DNA of 35,354 nt, taken from positions 1 to 35,354 of the forward strand of contig BTVJ01000076.1 in NCBI GenBank assembly GCA_045863395.1. The letters are read 5' to 3'. The position numbers and the translations under genes are program-made. This document shows, piece by piece, positions 30,435 through 35,354 of this stretch; positions within the stretch are counted from its first letter, which is position 1; each line of letters begins with the position of its first letter. The DNA is from Myxococcales bacterium (lineage in GTDB: Bacteria; Myxococcota_A; UBA9042; JABWCM01; BTVJ01). The notes beneath the pieces are model-generated. The model did no database searches. It was not told the origin of the DNA and saw only the letters and a program-made list of their open reading frames with translations.

Positions 30435-31576
30435 CGGTTACCTCCGGTCGAGCCCTTGGGGGCAAACTCGGGGCTGGTCAGAGACTCCAGGAACGCCACC
30501 AGATCGTCGATCTGCTCGTCGGTCAGATTCAGCGGCCGAATCCCGCCGCTCAGGAAGTCGTTGACGCGGTCCTTCACGCTGGAGACTCCCCCGTTGTTGT
30601 AGTGGATCATCACGTCGTGGAGAGACTCCAGGCTGCCGTCGTGCATGTAGGGCGCGGTCTGCGCCACGTTGCGCAGAGTCGGCGTCTTGAACGCGCCGAG
30701 GCCGTCGAAGCTGTGATCGACGACGAACCGCCCGAGCTCCGATGTGCGCGCGTCGGTCAGCACCTTGGCGTCCACCTCAGAGGCGGTGGCGTCGGCCTTC
30801 AGGAACTCCTGCGCCAGCGCCGGGATCTGGTCCTGGATGGCCGTGATGCCCACCCCGATGTTGTGGAAGCGGTTGTCCGTGAACAGGGCCTGGGTCTCCT
30901 CCACCACGTGGCAGGTGACGCAGCGGCCTTCGTTGACGAACAGGTCGAAGCCGCGCTTCTGCTGCTCGGTGAGCGCTGCCTCCTCGCCCCCGTACCTCCA
31001 GCGGTCGAAGGGGGAGTTGCCGCTGACCTGGACCCGCTCGAAGGACGCGATGGCGGCGACCACCTCCTTGATGGTGATCGCGTCGCCCTTCTTGCCGAAG
31101 ACCCGCTCGAACTGCTTCACGTACTCCGGGTCCTTGCGGACGATGTCCAGGATCGGCTGGTGATCCGTGAGCCCCATCTCGACGGGGTTCAGGAAGGGGT
31201 GGAGCGCCTGGTCCTCCAGCGAAGGGGAGCGCCCGTCCCAGAACTGGGACGTCAGGTAGGCGGCGTTCACGACCGTCGGGGCGTTGCGTGTCCCCGTGAG
31301 CTTGTGGATCCCCTCGGAGACCTGGAGCGGGCTGTCCGTGAACACCTTCTCCCTGGCGTGGCAGGTGGCGCAGCTCACCTCTCCCGTCGAGGAGAAGCGC
31401 ACGTCGTGGAAGAGCTTGTCTCCGAGCGCGATCTTCTCTGGGGTCTGAGGGTTGTCAGCCGGGATGGGCACCTCGGGGAGCCCGAGGGGGACTCCCGGAG
31501 GCGCTGCTGCCGCCGGGCCCGCGACCCACGTGAGGAGACCCGCGGCCAGGAGTGTGGAGAGGGGCGTTCGTCTCAT
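30431..31576 (-). CDS. Di-heme cytochrome c peroxidase / MauG family protein
   Basis: SD GAGGAGG; signal peptide; CATCH and CVTCH; RNAPTV, QFWDGR, NPVEMG, FKTPTLRNV..TAPYMHDG. The ORF-track extension to 32143 is not supported. Confidence 0.95.
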   Translation of the reverse strand: MRRTPLSTLLAAGLLTWVAGPAAAAPPGVPLGLPEVPIPADNPQTPEKIALGDKLFHDVRFSSTGEVSCATCHAREKVFTDSPLQVSEGIHKLTGTRNAPTVVNAAYLTSQFWDGRSPSLEDQALHPFLNPVEMGLTDHQPILDIVRKDPEYVKQFERVFGKKGDAITIKEVVAAIASFERVQVSGNSPFDRWRYGGEEAALTEQQKRGFDLFVNEGRCVTCHVVEETQALFTDNRFHNIGVGITAIQDQIPALAQEFLKADATASEVDAKVLTDARTSELGRFVVDHSFDGLGAFKTPTLRNVAQTAPYMHDGSLESLHDVMIHYNNGGVSSVKDRVNDFLSGGIRPLNLTDEQIDDLVAFLESLTSPEFAPKGSTGGNR

Positions 31577-31973
31577 GGATTGTCCTCCTCGGTGCATGGA
31601 CGCTCTGCCCGGGGCGACCCGCAGCGCCGGCGGGCTTGGTGTCTCGGAGCGCTCTGCGCCAACGCGGGGCGCACGCATCTGCGCGCCGTCCCAGGCCATG
31701 GCGCCAAAGTAGCGCATCGGCCGGTGCTGGCAATCAGGACCTGTCGGTGCGGACATCGAGGGTGGAGCCGTCTGGGTGGGTGCCTGGGGCTCTGCCGCTG
31801 CCCACGAGCGTTGGAGCGATCTGTACGTGACCACTCCGCCAGTGAGGGAGCAGCCACACCGAAGCGCCCCCAGGGGGGGCGAAACGCCACGGGATCCGGC
31901 GAAATCTGCGGTTACAGGTGGGGGGCCTGCGGTGGCCGGGCGCGAGCGCTCTCGCGGGACCGGACGCCGACCG

Positions 31974-33524
31974 TCACCGCGTGCGCCGCACCTCGCCCGT
32001 CGCCAGCTTGTCGCTGTACTCGTCGAGCCAGCGCTTGACGCTGCCCGAGAGGAACAAGAGGCCGAGGATGTTCGGGAAGGCCATGCCGAGGACCATGAGG
32101 TCGCTGAAGTCGAGGATGTTGGTGGCCGTGACGATGGAGCCACCGAAGGCCGCGACCAGGAAGAGGACGCGGTAGACCATGGAGGAGCCGTCGCCGAAGA
32201 GCCAGACCCAGCAGCGCTCGCCGTAGTAGGACCAGGAGATCATCGTCGAGTAGGCGAAGAGGAAGACCGCCCCGGAGAGGACGTAGGGGAACCAGGAGAT
32301 CACGTGGGCCATCGCGTGGGAGGTCAGCGCGGCGCCCTGGTTCTTCTCGATGAAGTCGGCGTACTCGGGGTTCGCATAGGCCTCGGTGATCACGATGACG
32401 AGCGCGGTCATGGTGCAGATGACCACCGTGTCGATGAAGGGCTCCAGCAGGGAGACGATGCCCTCTTGGACGGGGTACTCGGTCTTGGCGGCCGAGTGGG
32501 CGATGGCGGCCGACCCGATGCCCGCCTCGTTGGAGAAGGCGGCGCGCTTGAAGCCGATGATGATGACGCCGAGCACGCCGCCCTTGATGCCGTCCGCGGT
32601 GAAGGCGCCCTCGAAGATGGCGCCGAAGGCCCGCGGGATGTGGGCGTACTCCACGATGAGGATGTAGAGGCACGCGAGCACGTAGACCGTACACATCAGC
32701 GGGACGATCTTGTCCGCCACCTTGGCGATGCGCTTGATTCCGCCGATGATGACCACCCCGACGAGCACCACCATGATGAGGCCGTAGATCCACTGGGCGT
32801 CTGCGAGGCCCGGGATGAGCACCTGGATCTGCGTGAGCGACTGCTTGACCTGGAAGGCGTTGCCGCCGCCGAAGGACCCGCCGATGCACAGGATGGCGAA
32901 GGCGACCGCGAGGACCATGCCCAGGCGCGGCCAGCCCTTCTCCGCGAGGCCCTCGGACAGGTAGTACATGGCGCCGCCCATGATGCGGCCGTCGGAGCGG
33001 ACGTGGCGGTAATGCTGCCCCAGCGTGCACTCGGTGAACTTCGAGGCCATGCCGAGCAGCCCCGCCATGATCATCCAGAAGGTGGCGCCCGGGCCGCCGG
33101 TGCCGACGGCGATGGCGACCCCCGCGATGTTGCCGAGGCCGACGGTCGCTGACAGGGCGGACGCGAGCGCCTGGAAGTGGCTGACCTCGCCCTTGTGGTC
33201 GGCCCTGTCGAAGCGCCCCCTGACGAGCGCGATGGCGTGACCGAACATGCGGAAGTTCACGAAGGCCATGCGCAGCGTGAAGAAGATGGCGCCGAAGACC
33301 AGCCATGCGACGACCAGCGGCATCTTCAGGACGGGCACCTCGATGAAGAACACCGTGGCGAGGGGGCCGACGATGTAGGTGCCGATGAACGCGTCGATGG
33401 CGTCGCCCGTGGAGTTGTTGGACGCCTCCTGGGCCGCCGCCAAGGTGGGTGCCAGCAGGACCAGCAGGGCGGCGAGCGCGGGCAGCCAGGGGGGGCCGGA
33501 GGCGGACCCGTGAGATCGTTGCAT
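31974..33524 (-). CDS. Alanine/glycine:cation symporter (AGCS) family transporter
   Basis: ALSATVGLGNIAGVA, GGPGATFWM, KFTECTL, RAAFSNEAGIGSAAIAH, EPFIDTVVICTMT, SWSYYG. Confidence 0.96.
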   Translation of the reverse strand: MQRSHGSASGPPWLPALAALLVLLAPTLAAAQEASNNSTGDAIDAFIGTYIVGPLATVFFIEVPVLKMPLVVAWLVFGAIFFTLRMAFVNFRMFGHAIALVRGRFDRADHKGEVSHFQALASALSATVGLGNIAGVAIAVGTGGPGATFWMIMAGLLGMASKFTECTLGQHYRHVRSDGRIMGGAMYYLSEGLAEKGWPRLGMVLAVAFAILCIGGSFGGGNAFQVKQSLTQIQVLIPGLADAQWIYGLIMVVLVGVVIIGGIKRIAKVADKIVPLMCTVYVLACLYILIVEYAHIPRAFGAIFEGAFTADGIKGGVLGVIIIGFKRAAFSNEAGIGSAAIAHSAAKTEYPVQEGIVSLLEPFIDTVVICTMTALVIVITEAYANPEYADFIEKNQGAALTSHAMAHVISWFPYVLSGAVFLFAYSTMISWSYYGERCWVWLFGDGSSMVYRVLFLVAAFGGSIVTATNILDFSDLMVLGMAFPNILGLLFLSGSVKRWLDEYSDKLATGEVRRTR

Positions 33525-33584
33525 GGCTCTCCTCAGGCGAGCGGAGGTTCGGAAGCGGCGAGGATACCGGACCCCCCGGATCTG

Positions 33585-34316
33585 TCAACCACGCGTGCGC
33601 CACAGCTCGGCGAGGACGATCCCGGCTGCAACGGAGACGTTGAGGGACTGGACCAGGCCCGTGGACGGGATGCACACCAGGCGATCACAGGCCTTGCGCA
33701 CCTCGGGGGTCAGGCCCTCGCCCTCGCTGCCCAGCACGACGATGGCGGGTCGCGGGAGCACCGCGTCGAAGAGGCTGGCGCCCGCCGTGGAGTCGGTGCC
33801 GATGGCCGTGAAGCCCGCCGTGCGCGCCGTCCGCAGCGCCTGGGGGAGCGACGGCACCACGGCGACGCGGACCGTCTCCGCCGCGCCCTGCGCGATGCGG
33901 ACGGCTGCCGGCGACAGGCGCGCCTGGGCCTCCGAGCCGCGGGCGACGACGCCGCGGGCCCCGAGGGAGGCGGCGGAGCGCAGGATGGCGCCGAGGTTGT
34001 GGGGGTTGCCCACGTTGTCGAGGGCCAGGAGCACGGCTCTGGGGTCCGGTGGGGAGAGCAGCGACTCGAGCGGGACGGTCCCGAGCGGGCGGGCGGCGAC
34101 GGCGACGCCCTCGCTGTGGTCCGCCTTGGTGATGCGCGCCAGCTCTTCGTCTGGTACTTCTCTGTAGGGGAGCCGGTGCGCCGCGCACCACTTCAGGAGC
34201 GGCGCGACCACCTCGCGGCGGGCGCGCACGTGGTAGACCCGCAGGATCGCCTCGGGTCGGTGGGCAAACAGGGCGAGGGTGGCGTGGACGCCGTAGACCA
34301 GCTCTTCGCGCGGCAT
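33585..34316 (-). CDS. TrmH/SpoU family RNA methyltransferase
   Basis: LVYGVH, HSEGV, LDNVGNPHNLGAILRS, VLGSEGEGL, VQSLNVSVAAGI. Confidence 0.95.
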   Translation of the reverse strand: MPREELVYGVHATLALFAHRPEAILRVYHVRARREVVAPLLKWCAAHRLPYREVPDEELARITKADHSEGVAVAARPLGTVPLESLLSPPDPRAVLLALDNVGNPHNLGAILRSAASLGARGVVARGSEAQARLSPAAVRIAQGAAETVRVAVVPSLPQALRTARTAGFTAIGTDSTAGASLFDAVLPRPAIVVLGSEGEGLTPEVRKACDRLVCIPSTGLVQSLNVSVAAGIVLAELWRTRG

Positions 34317-34337
34317 GGGGACCTCCAGCGGCGCGTT

Positions 34338-35111
34338 CTACCCCGTTCTCCCCGGTGGCACAAGGCGCGCGCCCATGCGGCGCACGAGCGCAGGGGGTAG
34401 GGTCGGGAAGGCGGCGAGGGTCTCCGGCAGGGACACGTCCCGCCAGGCGCCGGCGGCGAGGTCGCCCAGGGCGAGGCCCCCGTAGCTGACGCGCAGGAGG
34501 CGCGTCACCTCGTGCCCGATGGTCAAAGTCAGGCGGCGCACCTCCCGGTTACGGCCCTCGGTCAGCGTGAGGCGCAGGCGGCTCTCCCGGCGGGAGCGCT
34601 TCAGGACCACCGCGTCCGCACCGAGCCGCTCGCCGGCGTCCTCCACGGATCGCAGCGCTGCCGCCTCGTCGTCGGTCACCAGCCCGCGCACCGTGGCGAC
34701 GTAGACACGCTCCACCCCGCTTGCCGGGTCCGTCAGCCATGTGGCGAGGCGGGTGTCGTTGGTCAGCAGCAGGAGCCCGCTGGTCGCCTGGTCCAGGCGG
34801 CCGACGGGCATGAGGTCGAGCGATGGGGGGAGCCAATCGTAGATGGTGGGGCGTCCGCGCGGGTCGCTGCGGGTCGTCAGGCAGCCCCGGGGCTTGTGGA
34901 ACGCCACGATGCGAAGGGGGGCTTGGGTGACGGGGCGGCCGTCCACGTCGATGCGCGCGGTCTCGGGGGTGACGGGACGCTGCGGGTCGTGGATGGTGGC
35001 CCCGTCCACCCGCACCCGGCCCGCCTCGATGAGGGCGCGGGCCTGGGTGCGAGACGCCGCCCCCAGCTTGGACAGGGCGCGCTCCAGGGGCACAGTGGGG
35101 GGTGGGGACAC
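34338..35111 (-). CDS. RsuA/RluB family pseudouridine synthase with S4 domain
   Basis: LERALSKLGAASR (S4), FHKPRG, PVGRLDQATSGLLLLTND, EGRNREVRR. GTG start inferred at 35111, just after the upstream stop at 35120. Confidence 0.93.
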   Translation of the reverse strand: MSPPPTVPLERALSKLGAASRTQARALIEAGRVRVDGATIHDPQRPVTPETARIDVDGRPVTQAPLRIVAFHKPRGCLTTRSDPRGRPTIYDWLPPSLDLMPVGRLDQATSGLLLLTNDTRLATWLTDPASGVERVYVATVRGLVTDDEAAALRSVEDAGERLGADAVVLKRSRRESRLRLTLTEGRNREVRRLTLTIGHEVTRLLRVSYGGLALGDLAAGAWRDVSLPETLAAFPTLPPALVRRMGARLVPPGRTG

Positions 35112-35119
35112 TCGGGGCG

Positions 35120-35353
35120 CTACTTCCTGCGCATGCGGGCGGTGGTGACCCACTCGTCCCAGCTCGACTCGTAGCCGTCGTAGTGGATCTTGTACTTGCC
35201 GTCCTTCACCTCGAGGATGGAGGCGGGGTACCACTTGCCCTTCCACTCCACGGAGACCGGGTCGCCGACCTTCCACGCGTCGCCGCCGCCGCCGGCCTTC
35301 ATGCGGGCGGTGGTGACCCACTCGTCCCAGCTCGACTCGTAGCCGTCGTAGTG
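35120..35353 (-). CDS. 3' part of a protein with tandem Tudor/Agenet (Tudor-knot)-like domains; 5' end outside the window
   Basis: ...HYDGYESSWDEWVTTARMKAGGGGDAWKVGDPVSVEWKGKWYPASILEVKDGKYKIHYDGYESSWDEWVTTARMRRK; the frame is open to the window edge. Confidence 0.85.
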   Translation of the reverse strand, partial: HYDGYESSWDEWVTTARMKAGGGGDAWKVGDPVSVEWKGKWYPASILEVKDGKYKIHYDGYESSWDEWVTTARMRRK

Positions 35354-35354
35354 G
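35132..35354. repeat. Exact direct repeat of at least 55 bp with a 168-bp period (35132-35186 = 35300-35354)
   Basis: CATGCGGGCGGTGGTGACCCACTCGTCCCAGCTCGACTCGTAGCCGTCGTAGTGG occurs twice; the second copy reaches the window end. Confidence 0.95.

Overview
This is very GC-rich bacterial DNA. Its Cys-rich lipoproteins, zinc-ribbon Ser/Thr kinase, TSP3-OmpA protein and Tudor/Agenet-like repeats suggest Myxococcota or a relative (inference). It holds about 25 densely packed genes; I see no rRNA, tRNA, CRISPR array or mobile element, and most ORF-track entries are antisense or shifted-frame shadows. Main observations: (1) a minus-strand gene pair at the left edge encodes helical-repeat proteins with tandem S1-like and tandem DbpA-like putative RNA-binding modules. 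Its second gene is broken by an anomalous A10 run with the layout of a programmed -1 frameshift or slippage site, and the -1 frame continues for at least 830 codons that the ORF track omits. (2) An exported three-gene redox module encodes a MauG-type di-heme enzyme, a Tat-exported metallophosphoesterase with GEHD and WPW motifs, and a small TsdA/SoxA-like heme-Cys cytochrome. (3) A NosP-like FIST sensor and hybrid kinase are followed closely by an orphan SPPY DNA methyltransferase. (4) A SigH/SigR-like ECF sigma and zinc anti-sigma pair has an exact GGAAT-N18-GTT promoter motif upstream. (5) An exactly duplicated Tudor/Agenet-like segment sits at the right edge. All family calls come from motif recognition by eye; no database searches were run.
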